64,000 nt of DNA from a virus (IMGVR_UViG_3300031873_000003:1-64000); one strand, 5' to 3'; numbered from the stretch's first letter, positions 27,092-36,911 are shown. The notes: a model not told the origin generated them from the sequence alone. Translations and numbers: made by a program.

Positions 27092-27883
27092 ATGGGAAAG
27101 CGACAATTGACGCCATTTGCAACAGAGGTTTTGGAGATCGGGTCAACGGCGGTTGGGTTGAGTTCCGATAAGTATTTACTCGGAGACTGCGTGATTGATG
27201 GGGGGTTTGAGATATGGACGTCGGCGACCGTCCCCAGGTTTTGGACGACCTCCGTTGCGGTTGGTTCAACGGTAGATCGTGGAGCCACGGTCAAGGCCGG
27301 GACGTATAGTCTCCAGTTGACTATTGATGGAGCAGAGTCAAACGCCAGCGCTTCCCAAGCAATTAGGATGAGTCCTGGGGGACATTATACTCTGGATTTC
27401 TACTACCGGAACTCTGGGGCGAACAAAACCGCAAAGGTGACGATTGCGGATTCGGGTTCCAATAAGTATCTCACAAGCGCAGGTGAATGGCAGACGTCAG
27501 CCACCTACATCACCCTACCCAATTCTAACGCAGCATGGACGCAATATACCCTTACATTTCCGTCACATGGGTTGTATACCGATTACACCATTACGTTTGC
27601 TAACCTGGTCGCTCTTTCATCCAACATCTTCATCGATTCTGTCAGGTTGGTAGAGGCCGAGACAGGGAGACCTATTTTCCCTCAACCAGCCATAGAAGCC
27701 TTTGGGGTATTGGAGACAGCGCAAATTCGATTCTCAAAAAATAATACCCCCACTACAACCATAGGCCAATTGTTAGAGATTGGACAGAACTATACCTTCG
27801 AAAACATTGATGATATCATGAAGTTTAAGGCAATCAGGACAGGGGCAACGTCGGGATTGATGACGGTCGAGTATAGACGGTGA
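27092..27883 (+). CDS. virion protein with a carbohydrate-binding (CBM4/9-like) domain
   Basis: DGGFEIW...G.YSLQL...WTQYTLTF...IFIDSVRL. Confidence 0.6.
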   Translation: MGKRQLTPFATEVLEIGSTAVGLSSDKYLLGDCVIDGGFEIWTSATVPRFWTTSVAVGSTVDRGATVKAGTYSLQLTIDGAESNASASQAIRMSPGGHYTLDFYYRNSGANKTAKVTIADSGSNKYLTSAGEWQTSATYITLPNSNAAWTQYTLTFPSHGLYTDYTITFANLVALSSNIFIDSVRLVEAETGRPIFPQPAIEAFGVLETAQIRFSKNNTPTTTIGQLLEIGQNYTFENIDDIMKFKAIRTGATSGLMTVEYRR

Positions 27884-27907
27884 ACCTTTTGAAAAGGAGA
27901 AAACAAA

Positions 27908-28612
27908 ATGTCAAAGCATGGTCCGATAGGTGGGGAGTCATGGAGAAGCACGGTCATTACTGGTTACGATAGCTCGGCAGTCAGTCAAAATAAAGACGGA
28001 TCGTTAATGGAGAGGTTGGAGGAACTCCGAAACCTTGTGATGTTGGGAGCGGTCGTTGGTTCCCGAAGTCAAAGTCCGTCAGTATCACCGTCAACGTCTC
28101 CGTCTGCCAGTCCATCCTTGAGTCCGTCAACCAGTCCATCCAAGAGTCCGTCGGCCAGTCCATCCAAGAGTCCGTCTGTCTCACCTTCGGCGTCGCCTTC
28201 CTTGAGTCCATCAGCTTCCGTGTCTCCATCGGCTTCGCCGTCCTTAAGCCCATCGGCCTCCGTGTCACCATCAACGAGTCCGTCAGTTTCTCCTTCTGTG
28301 TCACCTTCTGCATCACCATCCTTAAGTCCGTCGGCTTCGGTATCTCCCTCGGCTTCACCATCCTTGAGTCCGTCGGCTTCCGTATCACCGTCTACGAGTC
28401 CTTCGGTCTCACCTTCCACATCTCCATCACTAAGCCCGTCGGCTTCTGTGTCACCATCTGGATCTCCCTCCTTGAGTCCGTCGGTTTCACCTTCGGGATC
28501 GCCATCATTGAGTCCTTCGGTTTCACCTTCGGGATCGCCATCATTGAGTCCCTCGACCAGTCCATCCAAGAGTCCGTCGGCCAGTCCGTCATTATCCCCA
28601 TCCGGAGCTTGA
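27908..28612 (+). CDS. Ser-Pro-Ser-X repeat protein 1
   Basis: ~180 aa of SPSx repeats after a short N-terminal domain; AGGAG RBS. Confidence 0.8.
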   Translation: MSKHGPIGGESWRSTVITGYDSSAVSQNKDGSLMERLEELRNLVMLGAVVGSRSQSPSVSPSTSPSASPSLSPSTSPSKSPSASPSKSPSVSPSASPSLSPSASVSPSASPSLSPSASVSPSTSPSVSPSVSPSASPSLSPSASVSPSASPSLSPSASVSPSTSPSVSPSTSPSLSPSASVSPSGSPSLSPSVSPSGSPSLSPSVSPSGSPSLSPSTSPSKSPSASPSLSPSGA

Positions 28613-28613
28613 T

Positions 28614-28886
28614 ATGGGAATAGAAAAGAAAGTGAAATACGTCGAACCTGATTCAAGAAATTCCATCAGGACTTGTTTGTCGTGCGGCGCTTTGTCGGGG
28701 CCGCAAGGATGGGCAGGACTGTCGGTAAGAGAATGGGTGTGTTCGGCATGTGGTGCCGTGTGGGATCGAGACGTAAATTCGGCCCTAAACACCCTTATCG
28801 GGGCGGGTGCCGCCCACGAGGTGCATCATGCAGCAGCATGATTGCAGTCAGGAATCTGCTGGGCTTCAGCCCAAGCAGAGGCTCAA
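28614..28886 (+). pseudogene. tnpB: tnpB 3' fragment (zinc finger plus RuvC III) with IS605 right end
   Basis: SRNSIRTCLSCG...WVCSACG..WDRDVNSA; ends in hairpin CTGCTGGGCTTCAGCCCAAGCAG-AGGCTCAA. Confidence 0.8.
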
Positions 28887-29059
28887 TGGGCTTGTGGTAA
28901 GGCAATGGTGCTGTAGTGCTTGTGGGGCACATCATGACAGGGATCAAAACTTTGCCAAGAACGCACTATTTGCTGCGCTCGGAACGAGCGTCGAGAAGGA
29001 GGCAGCGTAATGGTTGCTTCCAACAGGAATCCCCCGGCTTTAGCCGTGGGGAGGTTCAA
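28887..29059 (+). pseudogene. tnpB: second tnpB 3' fragment with IS605 right end
   Basis: VRQWCCSACGAHHDRDQNFA; GAATCCCCCGGCTTTAGCCGTGGGGAGGTTCAA. Confidence 0.82.
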
Positions 29060-29145
29060 ACAGAAGAAAGATAAGGGGGACAAAGAAAAACTTAATAGAT
29101 ACCGCATTATAGAAAAAGCACGTCTTTTGCGGCCAACAAGGAGAA

Positions 29146-29436
29146 GTGATGAAATCAGGTTGCCAAACTACACGACCTCATACTCCCTATACGTCAAGAA
29201 AGCAGGCGATTGCAGGTAACATAGCGCTGGCGGCAAGGGAAGGGAGTATCCCTAAGTCGAAGTTGAAGGGTGCGTCCAGGGAGATGGCTAAGGGAATGAC
29301 ACTCAAAGAATTGAGAGGTCACTCAAAGGAGGCCGCCGGGAAGAACCTGCCCTACGCCGTGACGAGGCCGATACTTAAAGCAAAAAACATCCCACTAAGG
29401 GGATATTCTAATATCGGAAAGGAGAACAAAAGATGA
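29146..29436 (+). CDS. small basic protein
   Basis: PYTSRKQAIA...KLKGASREMAKGMT; true start may be downstream. Confidence 0.55.
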   Translation: MMKSGCQTTRPHTPYTSRKQAIAGNIALAAREGSIPKSKLKGASREMAKGMTLKELRGHSKEAAGKNLPYAVTRPILKAKNIPLRGYSNIGKENKR

Positions 29437-29654
29437 AAGGTAAAAAAGGATTAGGAAATTTGGATCTTATGGGTTCTATGGGGGGGCCTTCTTCGAGAGC
29501 ATCATTACCGCCTCCTATGTCAATGCCCCCGATGAAGCGTGCGCCAGTCATGAAACAAAAGGGAACGCCATTGTCGGGGTTCGCTCCTGCACCCAGGAAG
29601 GCAAAGAAAAAGATTCGGAAGGGGTCTGGGATGCCTCCTGGATTGATGATTTAA
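29433..29654 (+). CDS. small Lys/Met/Pro-rich protein
   Basis: GGAG RBS, ATGA coupling. Confidence 0.6.
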   Translation: MKGKKGLGNLDLMGSMGGPSSRASLPPPMSMPPMKRAPVMKQKGTPLSGFAPAPRKAKKKIRKGSGMPPGLMI

Positions 29655-29807
29655 CGCTGAATCAAAGCCACCGGGGGAACCTCGGGAAGAGCGGCCAGAG
29701 GTGTCGTGTAGCAATGCGAACCAATGAAGGTCGAACCATGTTTTTTGTGGAGTTCAACTTGCAATTGAGTGCAACTAATTGAGTTATAGATAAAGGAGGC
29801 AATAATT

Positions 29808-30131
29808 ATGGATAACGGGAATCAACAAAAAAGGCCAAATGCAACTCGACGAGCATTCTCTGAATATTTTAAACCCTCATTAACTAAAACCTCATCAGGA
29901 GCCGTGGATTATATTCCCCGGCCAATGAAGTCCCCAATCATTGCAAGAGAAGAGAGAGAAACTACTATTAGAGGAGGCGGGGAGCTGAATTTGTTGAAAA
30001 ATAAGACACCATTATTCCCAAGGGCTAAAGGGGGGCCTGTTTCTCCTGGAAGATCCCTTATGAAAATGAAGGGTAGCGCATTGTCGGGGTTCATGCCGGA
30101 AGCCAAGAAATTGAAGAAGGGGAGCAAATGA
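29808..30131 (+). CDS. small basic protein
   Basis: AGGAGG RBS; shares MKxKGxxLSGFxP with the 29433 gene. Confidence 0.6.
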   Translation: MDNGNQQKRPNATRRAFSEYFKPSLTKTSSGAVDYIPRPMKSPIIAREERETTIRGGGELNLLKNKTPLFPRAKGGPVSPGRSLMKMKGSALSGFMPEAKKLKKGSK

Positions 30132-30484
30132 CAGATAGCATTTCTGGGGGGATGGCGGTCGATATTTTGACCGGTAGGCCAAAGGGCGTCTATCCTACGG
30201 AAAAAGATCGGTTACTGGAAGGGCAACTTGAGGTGGATGTCGCCACAGGTTTTGAGGCAGACCAGAAACTCAAGACAAGGGCCGGAAAACTATTCGTATC
30301 CCTGATTGACGCTTCCCTCCAGCGACGCATTGAAGAGTTGGTAAATGCCGATCCAGAGTCGATGGCCCTCCTTGGGTTACTATCGAAACTTGGGCATGAC
30401 ATCCAAAAAGGAGAGGCGGCGGCCAAGAGGTTAACACGGATGAGATTGGGAAGGCAATCGAGAGAACTACCGAGTATAGAATAA
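30128..30484 (+). CDS. hypothetical head-module protein
   Basis: ATGA-coupled ORF upstream of the scaffold gene. Confidence 0.65.
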   Translation: MTDSISGGMAVDILTGRPKGVYPTEKDRLLEGQLEVDVATGFEADQKLKTRAGKLFVSLIDASLQRRIEELVNADPESMALLGLLSKLGHDIQKGEAAAKRLTRMRLGRQSRELPSIE

Positions 30485-30592
30485 TTCTGCATCCATTAAA
30501 CGCCCCTGCTCTTAACGCAGATTCGGTGTTTTTGGAAATATAAGAAAGGCTTGGACCCCTACAAAAGGGATTCTCCAGGAGAGTGAAGATTA

Positions 30593-31618
30593 ATGGGAAG
30601 ACAGGTTACGGCAAAAGAGTTGGATCTGGATGATGGGTACGAGGAAAGGGATGATGTCCCTGCTGGCGAGGGTCCCGATAAGGATTCACCCGAAACCAAA
30701 TTTAAGGGCGCACCCGATCATGGCGCAATAGGGGCAGAAGTAGTTGAAGAGGAAGTGGAAGAAGCAAAGGCACGGCAGAAAAAGGCTGACAAAGACCGAG
30801 CGGCAGAGGAGTCAGAAAAAGTAGAGGGAGGGGAAAATGAAAAAGAACAACCCCTTCAATACAAAGACCAGGTCGCCGCTGAAAAGGCCGTCAGAGAAGC
30901 CAAAAGGAAGATGACGGAGGCCACCACAAAGGCTGCGAAGTTACAAAGCATTGTCACAGACCTTGAAAAACGTGTGCAAACAGCCTCCAGTGAAGCTCCC
31001 AATACGGCTCCTGCCGAAAACCCCTGGGATATGAAACGCCAGAAGGTTGCCGATGACACCATAACCAAGGCTGCGGCCATTGCGTCTCCCGCACCACCAC
31101 AGGACAGGGATGATCCAGACTTCGACGCCAAGTGGACCGATTATCAAAAGAAGATGGGGGAATACAACGCAAAGGTAGCAAGAGCGTGGGCGGATGCGCA
31201 AACAGAGATTGCCAATCTTGCAATCGAAGAGCGTGAGGAAGCCAAAAAAAACAAAGAAACCGTTATCTTCGCTGTTGATAACGCACTTGAGGAAGCTGGA
31301 CTAATCACCGACAAGTCGTCCCAGAAAGAGAAAGATAGCGTACTGAAACTCTTCTGGTCGATGTCGGGAGACGTATCAAAGTCTCTTCCAATGGAAGACC
31401 AGATCAAACAGACCGCCGATCTGTGTAAGGATTTTGTTGATGAACTTAGAGGCAAAGAGAGGGAGCGTGTCAAGAAAGAGAAAATTAACCAGGACGATCT
31501 ACAGGTCTTGGGACGTGGCTCCAGAGTAACCACCCAAAAACAACCGGAGATCACTCTAACCATAGGGGAAGCTCAAAGAGCAGTTATGGAAAGGAGAAGA
31601 CTCCGCCGTAATCCATAA
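30593..31618 (+). CDS. capsid scaffolding protein
   Basis: Acidic N-terminus, coiled coil, basic tail; immediately upstream of the MCP. Confidence 0.72.
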   Translation: MGRQVTAKELDLDDGYEERDDVPAGEGPDKDSPETKFKGAPDHGAIGAEVVEEEVEEAKARQKKADKDRAAEESEKVEGGENEKEQPLQYKDQVAAEKAVREAKRKMTEATTKAAKLQSIVTDLEKRVQTASSEAPNTAPAENPWDMKRQKVADDTITKAAAIASPAPPQDRDDPDFDAKWTDYQKKMGEYNAKVARAWADAQTEIANLAIEEREEAKKNKETVIFAVDNALEEAGLITDKSSQKEKDSVLKLFWSMSGDVSKSLPMEDQIKQTADLCKDFVDELRGKERERVKKEKINQDDLQVLGRGSRVTTQKQPEITLTIGEAQRAVMERRRLRRNP

Positions 31619-31631
31619 GGAGGAATATATC

Positions 31632-33139
31632 ATGGCAGAAATGACATGGGAATTTAGTGCACCATCAGGCGTCAATGTAGGCGCCATTAAGGAGTGATTC
31701 TTAATGCAAACCCAGAATTTGCTGGAAACACCGAGAATCCAACACTACTTGCCAGAAGGCAGTGAAAACGTGCTTGGTGCGGTCAATCAGCAGGCAGAAC
31801 AACCCTTAGCGAATGCTATGCCAACTCTTTACGAAGAGGTAGGTTGTTCGGCCCCAGAGACTTACAATGGGCATCTCTTACGAGAGATGGTGATAAAGTC
31901 CGGCCCTCCGGCGACGGAAGGGATGAGCCGCTACAAAAATTCCGCTATAAGTTCGAAGCTCCGTGAACAGTCGATTGCCGAGTCCAAGTTCATGGATTTC
32001 GTCAGGACGGAACCGGGTTTCGGAAAAAAGCGCGGAGAATCTATCACCATTACACGGGCTGATATTTTGACACAGCCTACCAGCGCCACCCTCTCCGAAC
32101 ACGATCGGATTCCTGTGGACGACTTTTCTCTGTCTACCACAGCTATCACAGTGTCGGAGTATGGCCGAGCAGTAACATTTACTCACATGAGTCAATTGCT
32201 TTCAAGGTTTGACCCACAAGACCCGATCCAGAAGGCTTTGCGGAAACAGATGACCAAGGCGCTGGACAGGCTTGCGGCAACAACCATGAAGACGACCTAC
32301 CTTATTTACGCTCCAACCTCATTGACGGGTGGAACGTTCATGGAGGACGGGACGATTGACACGGCGGCCTTAGTGAACGTCAACATCGATCACCTTGGGG
32401 CCATCAGGGATGCCTTTGCGGACACCTACGTCGTAGACCCCTACGAGGGAGACGACTACATTGGGCTGCTCTCAACAAAGGCCCTCAGAGGAATCAAGTC
32501 TGACGAAAATTTTGAGACTTGGAAACAGTATCTCCGGGAAGGAGACACCCTGCACAATTCCGAGGTCGGAAAGGTTGAGTCTATTCGGTGTATCGAGATC
32601 AAGGATACCAGTTGCCTTGCCAACAACAAGGGAACGGGATCTGTTCTTGGAGAAGGGATCATCTTCGGAGATGACTTCTGCGCCATGATCGAGGCAGAAA
32701 CGCCAGAGGTTAGGGTACAGGTCAACTTCGGACAAGATCATGGTAGAGTGAACTCAGCAGCCTGGTACGGTGTTGAACCCAACTACTTGAATTAATTGGG
32801 GAATGGCACCATTAAGGAGCGATCTTTAATGAAAAACCCTGAATTTGCTGGAATAACCGAGAATCCGACACTACTCGCCAATGGCAGTGAAAATGTGTTC
32901 GGTGCGGTCAATCAGCAGACAGGACGATCCTTAGCGTCTTCAAACGCTTTGCCAACTCTTACCGAAAGAGGTAGATCGTCCGGTTTCAGAGGCCACCAAG
33001 GGGCATCTCCACAAGGAGATGATGGTATGGTCCATCCCACCGGCGACGGATGGGGAGCCAATGCGTAGGCTTAGGTTTAGTTTGGCCGTTGACTGCCACG
33101 GCAGGAAAAGTCCGAGGGGCGTTCATAAGTTCCTCGTGA
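31632..33139 (+). CDS. major capsid protein, spliced: join(31632-31672, 31931-32773, 33064-33139), 319 aa
   Basis: Splicing gives MAEMTWEFSAPSGV|YKNSAISSKLR ... DHGRVNSAAWYGV|VGLGLVWP...; GKKRGESITI, EYGRAV, EVGKVESIRCIE are N4-gp56-like MCP motifs; AGGAGG RBS before 31632. Confidence 0.88.
31673..31930 (+). ncRNA. group I intron 1 (258 nt, ORF-less)
   Basis: P1 GGCGU/GCGCC with U-G wobble; P AATTTGCTGGAAA, Q AATCAGCAGG, R CAGAGACTTA, S ATAAAGTCC; terminal G; P10 TGTAG/CTACA. Confidence 0.88.
32774..33063 (+). ncRNA. group I intron 2 (290 nt, ORF-less)
   Basis: P1 GGUGU/GCACC; AATTTGCTGGAAT, AATCAGCAGA, TTCAGAGGCCA, TATGGTCC; terminal G; homologous to intron 1. Confidence 0.86.
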
Positions 33140-33151
33140 TAATTGAGGAAT

Positions 33152-33288
33152 TTTAAGAATGATAGCGGCGGGAATCGCCGGTACTGCCAGTCGAGGCACT
33201 GTTAGTCGAGCCAGGGGGCGAAAACCCTCTGTCCTTGCCCGTGCCGTTGAAGCTGGAAGCCCCCGCCTTTAGGCGTGGGGTAATTCAC
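33152..33288 (+). mobile_element. orphan IS605 right end / omegaRNA module A
   Basis: ILRMIAAGIAGTAS TnpB-tail remnant; GAAGCCCCCGCCTTTAGGCGTGGGGTAATTCAC. Confidence 0.72.
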
Positions 33289-33388
33289 ATAGGGCAGGAA
33301 CTGCCCAAATCAACGTTTGGGGAGAGGCGGTGTATCAATGCCCTTCAACGAACCAAGAAGCCCCGTCCGTAAGGGCGGGGTAGTTCAC
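33289..33388 (+). mobile_element. orphan IS605 right end / omegaRNA module B, in tandem with A
   Basis: AGGGCAGGAACTGCCC...GAAGCCCCGTCCGTAAGGGCGGGGTAGTTCAC. Confidence 0.75.
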
Positions 33389-33427
33389 ACAATCTTACGC
33401 TAAGGCGTAAAAAAGGAGGTAACAACG

Positions 33428-33877
33428 ATGGCTTACACAGATTCTAAGTGTTTATGTATTGGTGAAGGAGAAGCAACATCAGCTACTTTAGGTTTTGCCG
33501 CAAGTGCAACGGTTGTTTGCTTGGTGAGACAGCCCTGTACCCTTTATGCGGTTGGTGCTCTGGTCCGGGTAGTCATGGATACAAATGCCGCAGCCATAGT
33601 GGTGACTCGAAGAGTTATCCCGAATAGCGATGTCGGTGCAACGGCGGTGGCTACCGTTACCCTTCCAACCCTCACCGCTGCGGGGAAGATTGTCTATAAG
33701 GGAGGTGTTAATCCGCAGACCGTCGCAAATCTTCTTCCTGTCAAGCTCAATGCTGGGGATGAATTAAAATTTGTTGCGGATGGTGGAGGAGGGTCTTATT
33801 ACTGGAAGCCCTGGTTTGAGGCATATCCTCGACCAGAAACGATGGATAACAACACTGACTTTATTGAAAGTGCATAA
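33428..33877 (+). CDS. putative capsid decoration/cement protein
   Basis: Beta-rich 149 aa after the MCP; AGGAGG RBS. Confidence 0.55.
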   Translation: MAYTDSKCLCIGEGEATSATLGFAASATVVCLVRQPCTLYAVGALVRVVMDTNAAAIVVTRRVIPNSDVGATAVATVTLPTLTAAGKIVYKGGVNPQTVANLLPVKLNAGDELKFVADGGGGSYYWKPWFEAYPRPETMDNNTDFIESA

Positions 33878-34000
33878 CCTAACCCGGGGAGGGAGCCTAG
33901 TCTCTCTCCCCGCAATGTCTCTGTAGGTATTCAACCCTCGCTCTAACTGGGGGATACCCCAAATACTAATGAGGGCAAGGGAAACTAATGGAGGTGAAAT

Positions 34001-35266
34001 ATGGGCAGTATCGTAGCAACAGACGTAACGATTACGGGGCACCTTAATCGCTTAGGCAGAAAGAAAATGTATGACGCAACCCTCACCTTTGGGGGTGGCG
34101 CACTTCAGTATCCTTATGGCGGGGTACCTCTTCCCCCGATAGGAAGATTCGGGATGCATTCTGCTCCTGAAATGGAAATTTCCCAGCCGGACACATCAGG
34201 AATTATCTGGAAGTATGATCAGACAAACCACAAACTTAAGGCATATCATAGGGCGCCGGTGGTTGTGTTTGAAGAAGTGGTTACGTCGACACATGGAGTA
34301 ACTTATTCAACCGGCACGACAAAATACCCTATGGCATGGCCTCTTTATGCCAGCAATGGGAACCAGGCTCTTGGGCTCTTGCCTGCCGGCCTCAATCCTG
34401 TGACCACAACGATTGCGATCAACATGTATTCGGCAACCCCGGGAACAAGAGCGTTGATCACATCGTTACATGCAACAGATCATTATGACACCGTTACAAT
34501 CAGTTACATCACTCAGGCATGGGCAGAAGTGTTTGAAAATCTGGTGGAAGCTGAGACCATGACTGCCGGTGCAACGACCACAAACGGGATTACGCTTACT
34601 GCGGACGTGGGGACAACAGACCTCATTAGCTTTTTAACGCCTGGCCCATTTCTATGTGGCTTGATGGTCGGATTGAGCCGAGCTGGAACCGTAACCTGTC
34701 CAAAACCATTAGGTTTGTTACAGGTTGCTGCGGCAGGAGAATATGCACTTGACTTTACGGATGCAAACCCAGTTGCAACGACTATGGCAAGTCTCGCAAG
34801 CCAAGCATGGGATGCGGGAACGGCTATTATCAAATTTAACTACCTCAAAAAGCCCTCTTCAGGTTTTCTCTATGATAGGTTCGTAGAAGAAGAGGCCATT
34901 ACGGCCAGTGGTCAGATAGCTACTCATGCGGCTGGGGGCGATGTTTTGCAGCCTCTCTTATGGGCAACCCCTGGGTTTATGCCTTCAGTGACGGTTAGCA
35001 CAACCTCCGCTACCTGGCCTATCGGTGGTACAGGCATGACAATAGGGACGACCGCACAATGGCAGCCAACAAATTTTTATCCGAAACAGAAATTAACGAC
35101 GGCTGCAACATGGACTTCAGGGACAGGGGTCTTAGTAACCCTTGCAGTTAAACCCTCTTATATTTGGGGGATTCCAGAGGATATTGACGTTATCGTTCCC
35201 CTTGAGATGCCGCACGGAGTGAGATTGAAAAGTCGAAGTATCCGGGCACAGGTCTGGGGACAGTAA
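34001..35266 (+). CDS. virion structural protein
   Basis: Thr/Ala/Gly-rich; YPYGGVPLP...KYDQTNHKLKAY; GGAGG RBS. Confidence 0.6.
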   Translation: MGSIVATDVTITGHLNRLGRKKMYDATLTFGGGALQYPYGGVPLPPIGRFGMHSAPEMEISQPDTSGIIWKYDQTNHKLKAYHRAPVVVFEEVVTSTHGVTYSTGTTKYPMAWPLYASNGNQALGLLPAGLNPVTTTIAINMYSATPGTRALITSLHATDHYDTVTISYITQAWAEVFENLVEAETMTAGATTTNGITLTADVGTTDLISFLTPGPFLCGLMVGLSRAGTVTCPKPLGLLQVAAAGEYALDFTDANPVATTMASLASQAWDAGTAIIKFNYLKKPSSGFLYDRFVEEEAITASGQIATHAAGGDVLQPLLWATPGFMPSVTVSTTSATWPIGGTGMTIGTTAQWQPTNFYPKQKLTTAATWTSGTGVLVTLAVKPSYIWGIPEDIDVIVPLEMPHGVRLKSRSIRAQVWGQ

Positions 35267-35344
35267 TCAGATCGTTTATGATTATCGTGGGAGCCTCGTT
35301 TCTTGAGGCCCCCACTTTTCTAAAAAACAGAAAGGAGATCATAG

Positions 35345-35800
35345 ATGTTGCCACAACCAACAAGGACGGAAGGGTCGAGAAAGACGTTGAATGGAAGGGA
35401 GGTTTGGACAAGGCATAATTTTACGACTGAGCAAGGCAATGTTTTAGAAACGATGGGTGGAGAATATATCCTCCCCAACGGGGAACCAGCGACAGATAGG
35501 GCTATCCTTGAGTTGCTTCCCGATCAGCATAAGCAAAAAGCTCTTGCGTGGTGGGACAGGATGTTTGGTGGAAGCCAGACACAGGAAAAACCAGTCCATA
35601 CGACAGAGTTTGTGCCGGAAACAGTTGAATCTCTGATGGCGCAAATGGCAATCATTCAGGAACGAATCGCTACGGTCCAGGGAGCAAAGGTTGCGAAGGA
35701 CGTGGAGCCTGATGCTGACAAAGAACCCAAGAAGCCGCCGGTAAAGTCAAGAACCGAGAAGATACCCGATGTCCTTGCCCAGATGGGCATAGCGAGGTGA
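35345..35800 (+). CDS. hypothetical protein
   Basis: AAGGAG RBS, 151 aa. Confidence 0.65.
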   Translation: MLPQPTRTEGSRKTLNGREVWTRHNFTTEQGNVLETMGGEYILPNGEPATDRAILELLPDQHKQKALAWWDRMFGGSQTQEKPVHTTEFVPETVESLMAQMAIIQERIATVQGAKVAKDVEPDADKEPKKPPVKSRTEKIPDVLAQMGIAR

Positions 35801-35964
35801 ATGAGTGACCCAAACAGTTGCCGAAGGGACTACTGACCCCAACCCGGGGACAAGCAGCGTTACACATTGTCCGAAATGCGGAAATATCTTCATTATGGAC
35901 GAAGATTTTGAGAATAAGTGTCCATTCTGCGGGTACTCGTTCGAGAATAAGGATTAGGATTGAA

Positions 35965-36189
35965 GTGTCGCCGAACGCATTCCCCTGATTTTAATCGGGG
36001 GTAAGTGAGGCACTTGACAAATTCAGGTAGGGCAGGATATGCCCTAATTAACGCCTGTGGAGAGACTCACCTCTGCTTTTCGATTTCGTCGAAAAGTAAG
36101 TGGACTCAAAGAAGCAGGAACCGTACTTGGAGGTTGCTAATGAGCAACCAACAAGGATGCCCCCGAATTCATTCGGGGGAGGATGTCAC
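35965..36189 (+). mobile_element. non-autonomous IS200/IS605 mini-element (left end + omegaRNA scaffold + right end)
   Basis: Left hairpin GCATTCCCCTGATTTTAATCGGGGGTAAG; AGGGCAGGATATGCCC..ACGCCTGTGGAG; right end GATGCCCCCGAATTCATTCGGGGGAGGATGTCAC. Confidence 0.78.
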
Positions 36190-36224
36190 GTGGGAGGAAA
36201 CTTAACAGAGGTGGAGAAGGTGTA

Positions 36225-36911
36225 ATGTGTGAATTAATAGTGAAGGCGGTAGATGCAACTCATCCAGACCCTGAGAAGGATAGAAGAGGATGCTATAAAA
36301 GGGGATACCCTGTCGCAGTCTATCCTGATGGAACTAAGTGGGGAGCCTGTGAGTGTTTACCCAGGTTTGTCATTATCAAATTTCCTGGAGTTCCTGTAGA
36401 TAATCCAATAGTGCAGAAATATACGAAACCTCATATTGAACCTTGTCAACAGACAAGAAGTTGGAATATTATCGAGTGGAATAGAGCTGTAGCAAGGAGT
36501 AAGTATCGGGAATTTTTATCCAAGCCTGTGGTTCTATCTACAGTGGATGAACCTTTTGAGAAAATAATTACTTTGGATCAATGGCAGGAAATGCAGGATG
36601 AAAACGATTATTATCCATTTTTTGTAATGCCAACCATTGAAATCCTTATAGGAGAAATAACAGGAATAAAGTTGTCTGGAACTGTTCGTTTAGTTGAGCT
36701 ACAGGGAGATATTAATACAACCATTATAAGGAGGCTTTGGCAAATACGTTGGGCGTCTTTGCCTCTTGTAGCAAGAAATAAGTTGGCATCGTTGGGAGAG
36801 TTAGTGATAAAGGTTGGTTTATATGGTGGCACGTATGATTACACTTGGGCACAGGTGAAAGGTTATTTCAGGAACCAGCAGACCAATCTGGATGAGACCG
36901 AGGACTTATAA
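36225..36911 (+). CDS. hypothetical virion-associated protein
   Basis: MCELIVKAVD...CYKRGYPVAVYPDG; abuts the next gene. Confidence 0.65.
   Translation: MCELIVKAVDATHPDPEKDRRGCYKRGYPVAVYPDGTKWGACECLPRFVIIKFPGVPVDNPIVQKYTKPHIEPCQQTRSWNIIEWNRAVARSKYREFLSKPVVLSTVDEPFEKIITLDQWQEMQDENDYYPFFVMPTIEILIGEITGIKLSGTVRLVELQGDINTTIIRRLWQIRWASLPLVARNKLASLGELVIKVGLYGGTYDYTWAQVKGYFRNQQTNLDETEDL

Noticed and set aside
29660-29760. tRNA or other structured RNA
   Set aside because: GC-rich, but no cloverleaf or T-loop consensus was found.
31704-33068. ORF-track MCP start at 31704 and ORF 32796-33068
   Set aside because: Both are translated intron sequence; the true start is 31632.
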